Below are positions 19,748 through 30,415 of a DNA stretch of 64,000 bases, in pieces. The stretch is from assembly GCA_963749225.1 (NCBI GenBank), contig CAVVLY010000005.1, positions 95,437 to 159,436 of the forward strand, given 5' to 3'. The position numbers and the translations under genes were made by a program. The stretch comes from an uncultured Nitrososphaerota archaeon (GTDB taxonomy: Archaea > Thermoproteota > Nitrososphaeria > Nitrososphaerales > Gagatemarchaeaceae). The notes below the pieces were generated by a model. That model saw only the letters and a program-made list of their open reading frames with translations. It was not told the DNA's origin and made no database searches. Numbering within the stretch: position 1 is the stretch's first letter; each line of letters begins with the position of its first letter.

Positions 19748-20998
19748 CTAGGTCGACCCCCCGACTTCCCGGGTCGACTTCTTGAGGTCATCCAGGTACG
19801 CCACCATTGTGGTTCTGGTCTTGAGCGGGTGGATGTAGAGCCAGATGTATGGGACACCCGTGACGGGCGTGACGCCGGTGGTGGTCGCCCAGCCCTTCTT
19901 CACCATCCTCTCGACGATCTTCCTCACGTCGTGCTTCTTTGAGATGATCCCCATGATGGGAACGATTGGCTCCGCGCGCATCTCAAGCCCGTCGATCTTA
20001 GGCACCTCCGAGGTTACCAAACGGGTCATCTCCATGGCGTGCCCGATGTGCTTCTTGTAACCGTCCCTGCCTAGATGGTTCAGCAGAGCCCAGAGCGAGA
20101 CCGCAGAGGCGCCCACCCTGCTGGTCCCGCTGAGGTAGGGGACGAAGGTGCTCTCCACCGGTATTGCATCCAGGTAGGCCCTGTCGCGGATTATGAACGA
20201 GCTCGTCGGTTTCTGTTGCATCCCCAGTTTGTGAGGGTCGGCGGACATCGACCTGACCTCGGGCACCGAGAAGTCAAAGTTGGGTATCTTGTAGCCGAGC
20301 TCCTTCAAGAACGGCAGCATGAACCCGCCGACGCACGAATCGACGTGCAGGTACAGCTCGTGCTTGCTGGCGAGTTCCGCGAACTCCTCGACGCGGTCGA
20401 TGTTTCCCATGGCCGGCTCAGGCGCGGAGCAGACCAGCATCGCGGTATTCTTGTTGATCAGCTTCTCGATCTGGGCGATGTCGACCACGTTGTTCTGATC
20501 GACCTTCGCCGCCCTCACCTTCAGCCCGAAGAGCTCAGCACCCAGGTTGAAGCTGTAGTGGGCGGTCTCGGGCATTACGAGCTCCGGCCTGGACTTTTTG
20601 GCCATGTTCCTCGCGAGGCGCACCGCGTAAAGGTTTGACTCTGTCCCCCCGGGGGTGAGGAACCCTGCCTGTTCGTCGGGGGCGTGGAGCAACGAACCGA
20701 TCATCCTGACGCACTCCTGAGACATGGTGTAGGGGCCTGGGTAGACGTCCTTGAGCCATCCCGGCGTGTAGGTGTTCGAGGCCATCGTGAAGACCTTGGT
20801 CGAGAGTGGCAGCGCTTCCGGACCGAACGCCATGAAGTTCCGCTGGGGAGGCGTGTCGTGGCTCAGCCTCTCTCTTACCGCAGCGAGCACCTTGGCCTCC
20901 GAGGAACCCTTCTTCGGGAATTCCTTCGGGCTCGGGAAATCGTCCAGCCTCATCCAAGGCTCGTACGGGAAGGTGGTACCGGACTCTGAGACTACCAT
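19748..20998 (-). CDS. PLP-dependent group II decarboxylase (MfnA / sphingosine-1-phosphate-lyase-like)
   Basis: 'TPGGTESNLYAVRLAR', 'LHVDSCVGGF', 'SADPHKLG' (PLP lysine). Immediately upstream of the aminotransferase on the same strand. Confidence 0.8.
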   Translation of the reverse strand: MVVSESGTTFPYEPWMRLDDFPSPKEFPKKGSSEAKVLAAVRERLSHDTPPQRNFMAFGPEALPLSTKVFTMASNTYTPGWLKDVYPGPYTMSQECVRMIGSLLHAPDEQAGFLTPGGTESNLYAVRLARNMAKKSRPELVMPETAHYSFNLGAELFGLKVRAAKVDQNNVVDIAQIEKLINKNTAMLVCSAPEPAMGNIDRVEEFAELASKHELYLHVDSCVGGFMLPFLKELGYKIPNFDFSVPEVRSMSADPHKLGMQQKPTSSFIIRDRAYLDAIPVESTFVPYLSGTSRVGASAVSLWALLNHLGRDGYKKHIGHAMEMTRLVTSEVPKIDGLEMRAEPIVPIMGIISKKHDVRKIVERMVKKGWATTTGVTPVTGVPYIWLYIHPLKTRTTMVAYLDDLKKSTREVGGST

Positions 20999-21020
20999 TG
21001 CTCTGCGTTTCTCCCCAGTG

Positions 21021-21027
21021 TATAAAA
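21021..21027 (-). promoter_or_regulatory. TATA-box-like element for the decarboxylase-aminotransferase unit
   Basis: The minus strand reads 'ggttttatac', centred ~26 nt upstream of the ATG at 20998. Confidence 0.45.
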
Positions 21028-21091
21028 CCGCTGCGACGACAACGGGCCGAGCCCGACTTCGCGAGGGAAGGCCGTCAGGGCTGGTTTGCAG

Positions 21092-22138
21092 TCAGACCAT
21101 GGTCAGCAATCGCTTCGGGTTCTCGACCAGGATTTGTTCGACGGTCCCCGGGGACACCCCGTTCCTAAGCATGTAGGGCACGACGTTCTCGAGGATGTGG
21201 CCGTACCCGTGGTTGCCAGACCGGTACAGGTGTAGCTTCGTGTCGATGTCGTGGGACATGAGTATCCGGTCCGTGTACCCCGCCTCGACCAGCTGTTTGA
21301 TTATGTGCACCCGGTGAGAGTCGTTCGGGAAGGGGAAGGTAAGGTCGGCCAGGTACCACCACTGCCCAAAGAGGTCGAACTCGATCGTCGCCCCCCTGTC
21401 CATCACCCGCTTGAAGCCGGCGACGTCCCCGATGGTCCTTTCGATGTGGGCTATTATCGTGCGTTTCATGTCGACGTGCTCCTCTTCCAGGATGTCCAGG
21501 ATGATCCCCGGATGGTCGGGATACCTTCCAGGGTGCACCATCAAGGGCGCCCCCGTCTCTGTCTGAGCCCGTCCCGCGGCGCGCAGGACCTTTTCCTCGT
21601 TTGCTCCCCAGGGCCAGGTGGTCCCGATCTCACCGATGATGCCTGCCCTCACGTTGCTGCTGGGTATCCCCTGTTTCACGTCGCGCGTTATCTCTCGTTT
21701 TATGTCATCGACCGACTTGGATGCGACCTCCGGGGGGTGCGCGATGGAGACGTAGTACCCGGCACCCGAGACTATGTTCAGGCCGGTCCGCATCGATATC
21801 CTCTTGAGGCCGTTGGGGTCTCTCGAGAGGCCGACCGTCGTAACATCAACGATGGTATCCCCTCCCGCATGCTTGAACCTCAACGCCTCTTCCACCATCA
21901 TGTCCTCGTCATCCAATAGTAGGCTATCCCGGTTGCTGACCTGGTTGAACTGGACCCAACCTATGTTATCCACGCTCATCGGTGCGAGGGCTAGCTTTCT
22001 CTTCGAGGGTTCGTCTGGGAGCTGGAAGAAGGTCCTCGCCTCGTCGATCAGCAGGTGCTCGTGCATCAGCGTCTTACCGAGCTCTTCCGGGTCGATGTTT
22101 CCTAGGACAGTCTGGACCATTCCCTTGGAATCAGCCAT
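21092..22138 (-). CDS. Phosphotriesterase-family (PTE/Php-like) metal hydrolase
   Basis: 'LGKTLMHEHLLIDE' HxH motif and TIM-barrel PTE-like body. The listed ORF extends to 22342, but the first 68 codons are R/P-rich and not protein-like. ATG at 22138 (MADSKGMVQTVLG) is taken as the start. Confidence 0.8.
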   Translation of the reverse strand: MADSKGMVQTVLGNIDPEELGKTLMHEHLLIDEARTFFQLPDEPSKRKLALAPMSVDNIGWVQFNQVSNRDSLLLDDEDMMVEEALRFKHAGGDTIVDVTTVGLSRDPNGLKRISMRTGLNIVSGAGYYVSIAHPPEVASKSVDDIKREITRDVKQGIPSSNVRAGIIGEIGTTWPWGANEEKVLRAAGRAQTETGAPLMVHPGRYPDHPGIILDILEEEHVDMKRTIIAHIERTIGDVAGFKRVMDRGATIEFDLFGQWWYLADLTFPFPNDSHRVHIIKQLVEAGYTDRILMSHDIDTKLHLYRSGNHGYGHILENVVPYMLRNGVSPGTVEQILVENPKRLLTMV

Positions 22139-22307
22139 GCTTCCTGCGAGACCGATTCGGCCGCCAGGTTCGTATTTATCCGTGACGTCCGTCAAACGGT
22201 CCGAGGAAACCTTAAGGCCCCAGGGCGTGTCGCGAAGGTCGATGAAGATGGACGGGCGCGTCCTGCGTCGTCCGGGCGGACGCACGGCCAAGGCAGACGG
22301 GTTGGAG

Positions 22308-24092
22308 ATGGACGTAAAGACGGGAGGGCACTGGCTCCTCAATATCCTGCATAGTCTTGAGGTCGACTACATATTCGGGACCACCGGAGCTGGGATGCCA
22401 GACATCCAGGACGCGATGGTCGTGGTGAAGCCGCCGAAGTGGATACAGGGGTTGCACGAGTTTGTAAGCGTCTCCGCCGCAATGGGATATGCTCTCGCAT
22501 CAGGCCGGGTCGGGGTCGCGATGGTCGATAGGATCGTGGGGACGCTCAACGCGGCCGGGGCGTTCTACCCCGCGTTCTTGACCTCGTCCCCTATCGCGGT
22601 GCTAGCGTCCTCGAACATCCCCGGCGTCGCCCTTCCTACCCCCGGCAAGGAGTACCACTACCACAGCAACCAGGTCCACCCCGTCTCCCCTTGGGTGAAG
22701 TGGAGCGCCCAGGTGAACTCACTCGAGACGCTCTCCCAGGACGTCGAGAAGGCGTTCTTCATGGCGCTCTCGGAACCGCGGGCGCCCACCTACCTCACCC
22801 TTCGACAGGACCTGATGGTCACCGAGATGAACCGGGGCAGGATGCCGAACCCCGGACCTAGGAAACTCGCCCCGACCGTTCCTGACGATGCCACCCTGGC
22901 CAGTATCGTCGAGATGATCCTCTCGAGCGACGGACCTCAGCTGCTGACCGCACAGCTGGGCCGAGACCCCTCGAACGTCCGCTCGGCCATCGCCTTTGCC
23001 CACCTCTTCGGGGTAGCAGTCGGGGAGACCCGCTTCTTCATGAACTACCCCCTGAGCGACCCTCTCCATGTGGGGTACGTGGACTCCGGAAGTTCTCCTC
23101 AGCTACTGCCCTCGACCGACCTGGTGCTGGCGCTCGAGATGGGCCTGCTCCCGAACCATGGGTTCAAGGCAGGTGTCTCAGTGGTCGACATCACGAGCGA
23201 CCCAATGCACAGGCAGGATGTGATCGCTGGCGGAGACTACGGGTCGTCGCAATTCCGGGCCGCTGTCAGAGCCGTGGGGTCTCCGGGACTGACCTTGGAC
23301 AGGCTTGTCGAGCTAGGACGAAAGAAGATGACGGCTGCGGACAGGAGGAAGGCAGAGGAGAGGGTCTCGCGCGTGAGGAAGGTTCACAGGATGGTCATCC
23401 GGGGATGGAGGAAAGAGGCACGGCGCAACCTCCGGTCGGGCATACTCAACGGTTGGTCCGTAGGCTACGTGATGAGGAAGAACTGGTCACGCGACTTGAT
23501 ACTCGTTGACGGCGCGCAGTCCGAAGGAGAGGGCCTGCTCAAGAGCACCGAGCTGGACGTCCCCGGCACCTGCTTCGGGAACCCGAGCTCGCACCTCGGG
23601 ATAAGCACAGGGGTCGCCTACGGCGTCGCGCTGGCCGACACCCGCTACGAACGGGTCAGAGACAAGGGAGGTTACAAGGTCGGGGCGATAGGCCCCTCGG
23701 CGCAAACGGTCGTCTGCTCGCTTGGAGATGGGGAAGCGATAATGGGCAACCTCTCATCGGCCCTATGGACGTGCAAGCACTATGGCATAGGCGTCCTCTA
23801 CGTCGTGCTCAACAATGCTTGCTGGGGGGAGGAGTGGGCCTCCATCGAGCGCTCGCCATATCATTGGTCCCGGGACGCGTCGGACTTCGAAGCCCTGGAC
23901 ATCGACCAGCCCAGGTTGGATTTCGTCAATATCGCAAGAGGATCGGGAGTAAGGGCCCAGCGGGTTTCAACGGTGGCGGAACTTGAATCGCTCTTTCCGA
24001 CCTACCTTAGGCGAGCGAAGTCTGGGGAGCCCGTCCTCTTGGATGTCTGGATGCCCAAATTCACCGGCGCTAGACCTTCGGTCGTCCCCTGA
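22308..24092 (+). CDS. Thiamine-pyrophosphate-dependent enzyme (acetolactate synthase / sulfoacetaldehyde acetyltransferase-like)
   Basis: 'LEVDYIFGTTGAGMPDIQDA...LHEFVSVSAAMGYA' (TPP N-domain) and 'SLGDGEAIMGNLSSALWTCKHYGIGVLYVVLNNACWG' (GDG...NN TPP motif). The long listed ORF (from 21774) is an antisense run-through of the PTE gene. Alternative starts are at 22242 and 22248. Confidence 0.8.
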   Translation: MDVKTGGHWLLNILHSLEVDYIFGTTGAGMPDIQDAMVVVKPPKWIQGLHEFVSVSAAMGYALASGRVGVAMVDRIVGTLNAAGAFYPAFLTSSPIAVLASSNIPGVALPTPGKEYHYHSNQVHPVSPWVKWSAQVNSLETLSQDVEKAFFMALSEPRAPTYLTLRQDLMVTEMNRGRMPNPGPRKLAPTVPDDATLASIVEMILSSDGPQLLTAQLGRDPSNVRSAIAFAHLFGVAVGETRFFMNYPLSDPLHVGYVDSGSSPQLLPSTDLVLALEMGLLPNHGFKAGVSVVDITSDPMHRQDVIAGGDYGSSQFRAAVRAVGSPGLTLDRLVELGRKKMTAADRRKAEERVSRVRKVHRMVIRGWRKEARRNLRSGILNGWSVGYVMRKNWSRDLILVDGAQSEGEGLLKSTELDVPGTCFGNPSSHLGISTGVAYGVALADTRYERVRDKGGYKVGAIGPSAQTVVCSLGDGEAIMGNLSSALWTCKHYGIGVLYVVLNNACWGEEWASIERSPYHWSRDASDFEALDIDQPRLDFVNIARGSGVRAQRVSTVAELESLFPTYLRRAKSGEPVLLDVWMPKFTGARPSVVP

Positions 24093-24230
24093 TGTCGTGT
24101 CCCTCTGGACGCAACACTAGGGTCAGCTCAATCTGATAGCGAAATCCCCTGTAACAATCGGCTCGCAAAAATCCCATGGCGACGGAGATTCTACTTGGGA
24201 TTCTACCGGTTTTCTAGCCCTTCGTCAAGA

Positions 24231-24238
24231 TTTATATA
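24231..24238 (+). promoter_or_regulatory. TATA-box-like element (tttatata) for the second ABC operon
   Basis: Centred ~28 nt upstream of the TTG at 24263, within a 170-bp intergenic gap. Confidence 0.5.
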
Positions 24239-24262
24239 ACGTAAGGGCCTCGCTCCGCCCTG

Positions 24263-26919
24263 TTGTTTCTCACCCCGGGAGATTCACGCAGACGGTCAGC
24301 TATCGCAAAGATGACGGCGCTTGTAATAATCGTAATCCTCGCCGTGGCCGCGGTTGTAGGTATCACCTACGCCGCGTCCCAGCCAAAAACAGTGAGCGTT
24401 GGCGTTTCGGTCTCCAGTGACCTGGGTAACGCGAACTCCCCCCTCCAATTTACCGTGATACCGAGTTCCGGAGCTAGCGTGAAGAGCGTCAACTGGAACT
24501 TCGGCGACGGTTCAATGGGCACAAGCTCGGGAGCGGAGACCTCGCACACCTATTCCAACGCAGGCAACTACCTGGTGGAGGCGAACGCGTCGCTCTCATA
24601 CACCAGCGGTCTGTTCAGCTACACAAAGACGGTCTCAGATGACAGCGCACTTGTCTCGGTTCAAGTGGCCGCGAGCCTCTCGACGTCGGCGGCAGCAGAC
24701 GGCTCGCTTCCGTCGATCGGCTTCAACACTTCGTCCAGCGCTGATGCCAATGCGCCTCTGTTCAACGCTGGCGTTACCATATCTCCGACGGGCGGTTACC
24801 ACGAGACTCCTACCAACACCAACTACTCGATCGCGTCCTACACGTGGAACTTCGGAAACGGCCAATCGCCGACCGTAGTCCAGGCCACGAACACCTCCGC
24901 TCCAGCGTCCAACCCTACAGTATCATACTCCGGTCCCGGAATCTATCCCATAACCCTGACCATCACCACCTCTGACGGTTCTGGCAACACCCAGGCTACA
25001 TCGACCGTGACAACCGTGGCGGTCACTGCCAGCTCCAGAGTCCTTGCGCTGGAATCCAGCCAGGCAGGCGCGGTGATTAACCCGGGAGTCATAACTTTGG
25101 CCGAGGTCACTCCAGGCGGCCCTGCATCCTACGACCCGGCAATTGACTACGATGCATTCGGAAGCGAGGTCCTGACAGGCGTCTTCCAGACCCTCGTCCA
25201 ATACAACGGCTCTTCGAGTACATCATTCCTGCCCCAGGCGGCCGCTTTCCTCCCCAACGCCACCAACGGAGGAATCAGCGCCAATTCCTCTGTCTACACA
25301 TTCACACTTAGGAGCGGCGACAAGTTCTCGAACGGCGACCCACTGAACGCATATGCTGCGTGGTACACCTACATGAGGGCCTACGCGTACACAAGCGGCC
25401 CGGTAGCCTCTTGGGTCTTGGTCCAGTTCCTCGTTCCAGGAGTACAGAACGGGACGGCGACATTCTATGGAAACAACACCTACACCAACGCTATTCACAC
25501 GGTCACCTACAGCAATGCTTCGAACACCATCACTTTCCACTTCAACAGACCGATGCCAAACACCCAGGTCTTCCAGATACTCTCAAGCGTACTGGGCATG
25601 GGTCTTATGGACCCTACCGTGATCGAGTCGCTGGGTGCTGGATGGACGCCTAGCAACTTTGCGACCTATGCGTCGACCTCTGAGCCAGGTCACTACAACA
25701 CCAACCTTGCGTTCAATACGGCCGATGTGATCGGCTCTGGGCCGTTCATCATAAAGGCGCTGACCCCTGGTCAGTCGATCGAGCTTACGCCCAACACGAA
25801 CTATCAGCCTACTCCAGGAATCCCGGCCGTGACCGATGATGTGGTCATAGACTGGCTCTCCAACCCGAACACGGCGTTGTTGATGCTCCAGGATGGGCAG
25901 GCTGACTCGGCGAACGGGGTTCCTCCATCCGACTACCCGATAATGCAGCAGCTCCAGTCCCAGGGGATCATCCATATCTACAACTTCCCGACGGCCGATT
26001 CGTCCGCCTACATTCTCTCCATTGACCAGAACAAGACCCTGGAACAGAATCAGTGGGGACCCGGATACAACGAGCCTGCCAACTACTTCGCAGACCTTGC
26101 GACTAGATACGTGTGGATTGACTCGTACAACTACTCAGGGTTCCTTGCAGATATCCTGGGCAACGCAAAGTACAACACAACCTTCGGTATTCCTACTCAG
26201 GGATGGATGGAGACCACTGAGGCGGGGAGCGTCGCTCCGAGCGCAGTTGGAGGCCTCCCAGCACTGAACCTGCAGTGGGCAGAGGGCAACTGGTCCATCT
26301 CGGCCTGGAAGGACATGAAGATCACCATCGACATCGGCATCACCGTATTCGGACCCCAGGGCCAAGTCCAGATAGCCTCTGCAGAGCAGTGGGCTGCAAC
26401 CCTTAGCACGATCAGCGGTGGCAACATCACCGCCAAGATTGTGCAGGAGCCTCTCACGCTAGGTCCTCTGGCGTTCCAGGTAGTGCCACTCTCGTGGTCT
26501 CTATTCGGGCCCAGACTATCCGGCGGCCCAGGACAACATAGATTCGTTCTACCCGTCCAGCGGAGTCTTCGCACCCTTCGATGGCTACACTCCTGTCTCG
26601 AACTTCGCCACTCTGCCGCCCAACAACGGCTCGGGCAACCTCGTCTCAATCCACGGGAAGACCTACACCCAGTTCCAGGTCTACAACTGGATCGACGGAA
26701 ACGTCTCGGCGGGTGACGTAGCCCCGACGGCGTCGGCAAAGATGGCCGACTACCAGGCAGCGGAGTACCCTCATGATCAAGATGGCGCTCTACGTCAACC
26801 AAGACCAGTTCAGTGGCTTCTGGTACTGGCGCACGTGGCTGGGAGGCATCCAGAATGAGGAAGGAGCCATGAACCCAGGCAGCGGTGTCACCTACGTCTA
26901 CTGGCTGACAAAGGCTTAA
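24263..26919 (+). pseudogene. ABC substrate-binding protein (family 5) with N-terminal anchor and two PKD-like domains; at least 2 frame breaks near the 3' end (~26496, ~26768)
   Basis: Anchor 'MTALVIIVILAVAAVVGITY'. PKD-like 'VNWNFGDGS...HTYSNAGNYLV' and 'YTWNFGNGQ...YSGPGIYPITLTITTSDG'. The SBP body continues in other frames as 'YSGPDYPAAQDNIDSFYPSSG...' and then 'LMIKMALYVNQDQFSGFWYW...VYWLTKA*' (stop at 26917-26919). Confidence 0.8.
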
Positions 26920-26995
26920 GCACAAGGGGACGAGGAAGAAAGACTTCATGGCGATGCGCGGGGGCAGGCTCTGCTTCACTGGGCGGTAGTGGCCC

Positions 26996-28061
26996 TTGAA
27001 GCTGCGCTACTACATCCTCCGCCGCCTACTCTTTGTGATCCCCACCCTCGTGGGGTTGACCCTCATAGTCTTCGTCCTTATCCATGTGGAGGGGACCAAC
27101 AACCTCATCGGGTCCTACATCAACCCGAGGGCGGGCAACATTGCGGGGCAGGAAGCCTCTGCGATACAACTCCTGCACCTCAACGAGCCGCTGCCGTACC
27201 AGGTACTTCTACTGGGTGAACGCGCTGATCCACGGCAATTGGGGATACACGCACACCGGGATATTCAACGGCCCGGTCACGACGGCGATACTGCTCTTCT
27301 ACCCCAACTCCCTGGTGCTCGCCATCCTCTCCTTCATCCTGCTGACCGCGATAAGCATCCCATTGGGTGTGTGGTCGGCAGTGAGAAGGAACAGCTTGGG
27401 GGACCACCTGACGAGGGTCGCATCGTTCATAGGCTATTCGATGCCCATCTACTGGCTCGGGCTCATCCTGATCATCATCTTCGCGAGCAACAACGTCAAC
27501 CCGGCCCTGAACATATTCCCCATCAGCGGCACGGTCAGCATCGAGCTGGTAAGCAGCGCGTCTTGGTACGTTCAGGGGGTCTCCTACCCTACGCACCTGC
27601 TCCTACTGGACGCCCTGATACACGGCCGATTCGACATCTTTGAGAACGCAGCGGCACACCTGGTACTTCCGGTCGTCACGCTCACCTATGGCACACTGGC
27701 GGGGGTCCTGCGTGTGACCAGGTCGAGCATGCAGGACACCTTGTCTCAGGATTATGTGAGGACCGCGCGGGCCAAGGGCCTGTCAGAGAACGTCGTCGTC
27801 AAGGTCCACGCAAGAAGGAACGCGTTGATCCCGGTCACTACGCTCCTTGGGTTCACCGTCGCCGCCCTTCTCGGCGGGGTCGTGCTCATCGAGACGGTCT
27901 TCGACTACCTGGGGATCGGATACTGGACGACACAAGCCTTCCTGTCGAATGACCTCGGCGGCGTGATGGGCGCCACGGTCATTTTCGGGCTCACCTTCGT
28001 CTTTGCCAACTTGGTCGTGGACGTCGTATACGGCTTCCTTGACCCGAGGATCAGGTATTGA
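26996..28061 (+). pseudogene. ABC transporter permease (DppB/OppB-like); one frame break near 27199-27203
   Basis: 'MKLRYYILRRLLFVIPTLVGLTLIVF...LHLNEPLPYQ' joins 'YFYWVNALIHGNWGYT...VRTARAKGLSENVVV...FLDPRIRY' from overlapping ORF 27084..28061. Confidence 0.85.
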
Positions 28062-28144
28062 AGGGGTGTTGAGATACGCAAGCTGACACGATCAACCCTG
28101 CACACGATGAGGCCGCCGGCGCCCCACCGAGGGTCGGGTCGAGG

Positions 28145-29008
28145 TGGAAAGAGTGGAGACTCACCCTCAGGATAATCCTCGAGAACAAGTCGTCAGCGGC
28201 CGGACTGGCGATCGTATGCGCCTACCTTCTGATTGCGGTTATCGACTGGGTCTATCCCACGCTCATCGGAGTCCACGACGCCGACGCGCTCATACCCAAC
28301 TTCAGCAATACCGTCCCGCAAGCTCCCAGCTTCGCTCACATCTTCGGCACCACCTATCCGGGAGTGGACCTCTACCAGGCCATCATGGCTGCGATCCGCA
28401 TAGACCTCTACTATTCTTTCCAGGTCGTGCTGGGAGGGGCGATCATCGGCACCGTGGTGGGGGTCTGCGCTGCCTACTACGGAGGCTACATCGACGAAGC
28501 GCTCATGCGCTTCACGGACATCTTCCTCTCAATCCCATACCTCCCCTTCGCCATAGCGATAGCGTTCTTCCTGGGCAGAGAGATCAGCAACATCAGCGTG
28601 GCGCTCACGCTGGTCTGGTGGCCCCTCTATGCGAGGTACGCGCGGGGGCAGACCCTCTCGGTTAAGGAGAACGCCTACATCGAGGGGGCGAAGGCCAGCG
28701 GTGTCGGTACGCCCGGGATCCTGCGCTACCATATCATCCCCAACGTGCTTACCCCCATATTCGTCCAGATATCGCTCGACCTAGGGACCGTGGTCCAGGT
28801 CTTCGCGGGGCTGGTCTTCATCGGTTTCGCGACCGGAAACCTGTTGCTTCCTGAGCTCGGGACGCTCATCTCGAACGGGTTCGGGTTCGCGGTCACCGCT
28901 CCGTGGACCATCCTCTTCCCGGGTCTCGCCATACTCATCTTCGCCATCGGCATGAACCTCCTGGGGGACGGCCTCAGGGACGCACTGGACCCGAAGAGGC
29001 GTACCTAG
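28145..29008 (+). pseudogene. ABC transporter permease (DppC/OppC-like); no usable start codon in frame for the first TM helix (probable indel near 28144-28147)
   Basis: The frame of ORF 28364..29008 stays open upstream to 28073 and encodes 'WKEWRLTLRIILENKSSAAGLAIVCAYLLIAVIDW...', a typical DppC N-terminus. The only nearby start, GTG 28144, is one nt out of frame. Confidence 0.75.
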
Positions 29009-30415
29009 ATGGCCCAGCTCGAAAAATCCGCCGACCCTCTCCTGGAGGTCAAGGACCTTCGGCTGAGCTTTGTCACCCGGTCGGGCGTGGTTCAGGCCAT
29101 CGATTCGGTCTCCTTCAAGATAGGCCAGGGGGAGACCTTCGGGCTGGTAGGAGAGACGGGGTGCGGCAAGTCCCAGACGGCGATGGCCGTGATGCGACTG
29201 ACGCCGGAGGCTGGCATCATCCAGAGAGGGGAGATACTCTTCGAAGGCATGGACCTAGTCGAGGGTGCAGAGAAGGAGGTCCACACGGAGACCAAGGGCA
29301 AGACAGTCCTGCTGCGAAGGGACGAGAAGGCGATAAAGAAGATGAACAACCGTATGAGCAAGGTGAGGGGCCGGCTCATCTCCATGATCTTCCAGGAGCC
29401 GATGACGTCATTGAACCCCGTCTACTCCATCGGGTTCCAGATCTCCGAGGTGCTCATAACCCATAGGAGGCACTATCTCTTGGCTCGGGTCCAGGCGCGG
29501 AACCACGCCAAGAAAGAGGACCTAAAATCAGTCGCCGTGCTTGTCTCGAGGCCGGGCTACAGCGACGCGCAGCTCTCGGCTCTGCTGCAGCAGCTGGGCC
29601 TCCAGGCTCTCCAGGACGAGATACGCTTCATTGTCAGCAGGACGGACATCGGTCTGACACAAAAGTCCAGGCAAATATCCCAGCTGGCGGACACCAAGAC
29701 CAGCCCGCTCAGGCTGCGTTACCTCATGAACGAGGACAAGGCCTCCAGCTCCTTCGTCTACCGCCTCCTGTTCAGGGTCCCCGGTTTCAGGCGCTGGGTG
29801 GAGAAACCAATGTCCAACGAGGCCAAGGCAATATCCCTGGAGCTGTTGACCCAGGTACGCATGCCCAACGCCTCCACCGTGCTCAACCAGCACCCGCACG
29901 AGCTCTCTGGGGGCATGAGGCAGAGGGTGATGATAGCGATGGGCGTGGCGGGGAAGCCGAAGCTTGTGATAGCTGACGAACCCACGTCCGCCCTAGATGT
30001 GACCATCCAGGCTCAGATCCTCCAGCTCTTCAGGGAGCTGAGGGATGAGATGGGGATGTCCGTGCTCTTCATCTCCCATGACATGGGTGTCATCGCTGAG
30101 ATTTGCGACCGCGTGGGGGTGATGTACGCGGGCAACATTGTGGAGGTCGCGACCGTCGAGGAACTATTCGCGAACCCGAAGCATCCCTACACTCAGGGCC
30201 TTCTAGCTGCGATCCCCCAGTATGACGACTCAAAGAAGCCGCTGCAGTCAATCCCTGGAACGGTCCCGAACCTGATCAACCCACCCTCAGGGTGCAGGTT
30301 CCGCACCAGGTGCAAGTTCGCCTTCGCGAAATGCTCGGAGACACCTCCGCTCGTGACCATAAGCGACGACCACCAGGCCCTGTGCTGGCTGTATGCCGAG
30401 GGAGAGAAGAAATGA
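29009..30415 (+). CDS. ABC transporter ATP-binding protein (DppD/OppD-like) with a large internal insertion
   Basis: Walker A 'GETGCGKS', signature 'LSGGMRQR', Walker B 'LVIADEPTSALD', C-terminal 'GCRFRTRCKFAFAKC...ALCWLY'. 468 aa, with extra sequence between 'ISEVLITH' and 'EAKAISLELL'. Confidence 0.9.
   Translation: MAQLEKSADPLLEVKDLRLSFVTRSGVVQAIDSVSFKIGQGETFGLVGETGCGKSQTAMAVMRLTPEAGIIQRGEILFEGMDLVEGAEKEVHTETKGKTVLLRRDEKAIKKMNNRMSKVRGRLISMIFQEPMTSLNPVYSIGFQISEVLITHRRHYLLARVQARNHAKKEDLKSVAVLVSRPGYSDAQLSALLQQLGLQALQDEIRFIVSRTDIGLTQKSRQISQLADTKTSPLRLRYLMNEDKASSSFVYRLLFRVPGFRRWVEKPMSNEAKAISLELLTQVRMPNASTVLNQHPHELSGGMRQRVMIAMGVAGKPKLVIADEPTSALDVTIQAQILQLFRELRDEMGMSVLFISHDMGVIAEICDRVGVMYAGNIVEVATVEELFANPKHPYTQGLLAAIPQYDDSKKPLQSIPGTVPNLINPPSGCRFRTRCKFAFAKCSETPPLVTISDDHQALCWLYAEGEKK

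Noticed and set aside
21774-22307. N-terminal 178 codons of the 772-aa ORF 21774..24092
   Set aside because: This part overlaps the PTE gene on the opposite strand and is S/R/L-rich with no similarity to TPP enzymes. The TPP-enzyme homology starts at about 22308.
26197-26979. 260-aa minus-strand ORF
   Set aside because: It is antisense to the 3' part of the SBP-2 gene. It is R/P/S-rich and is explained by high GC.
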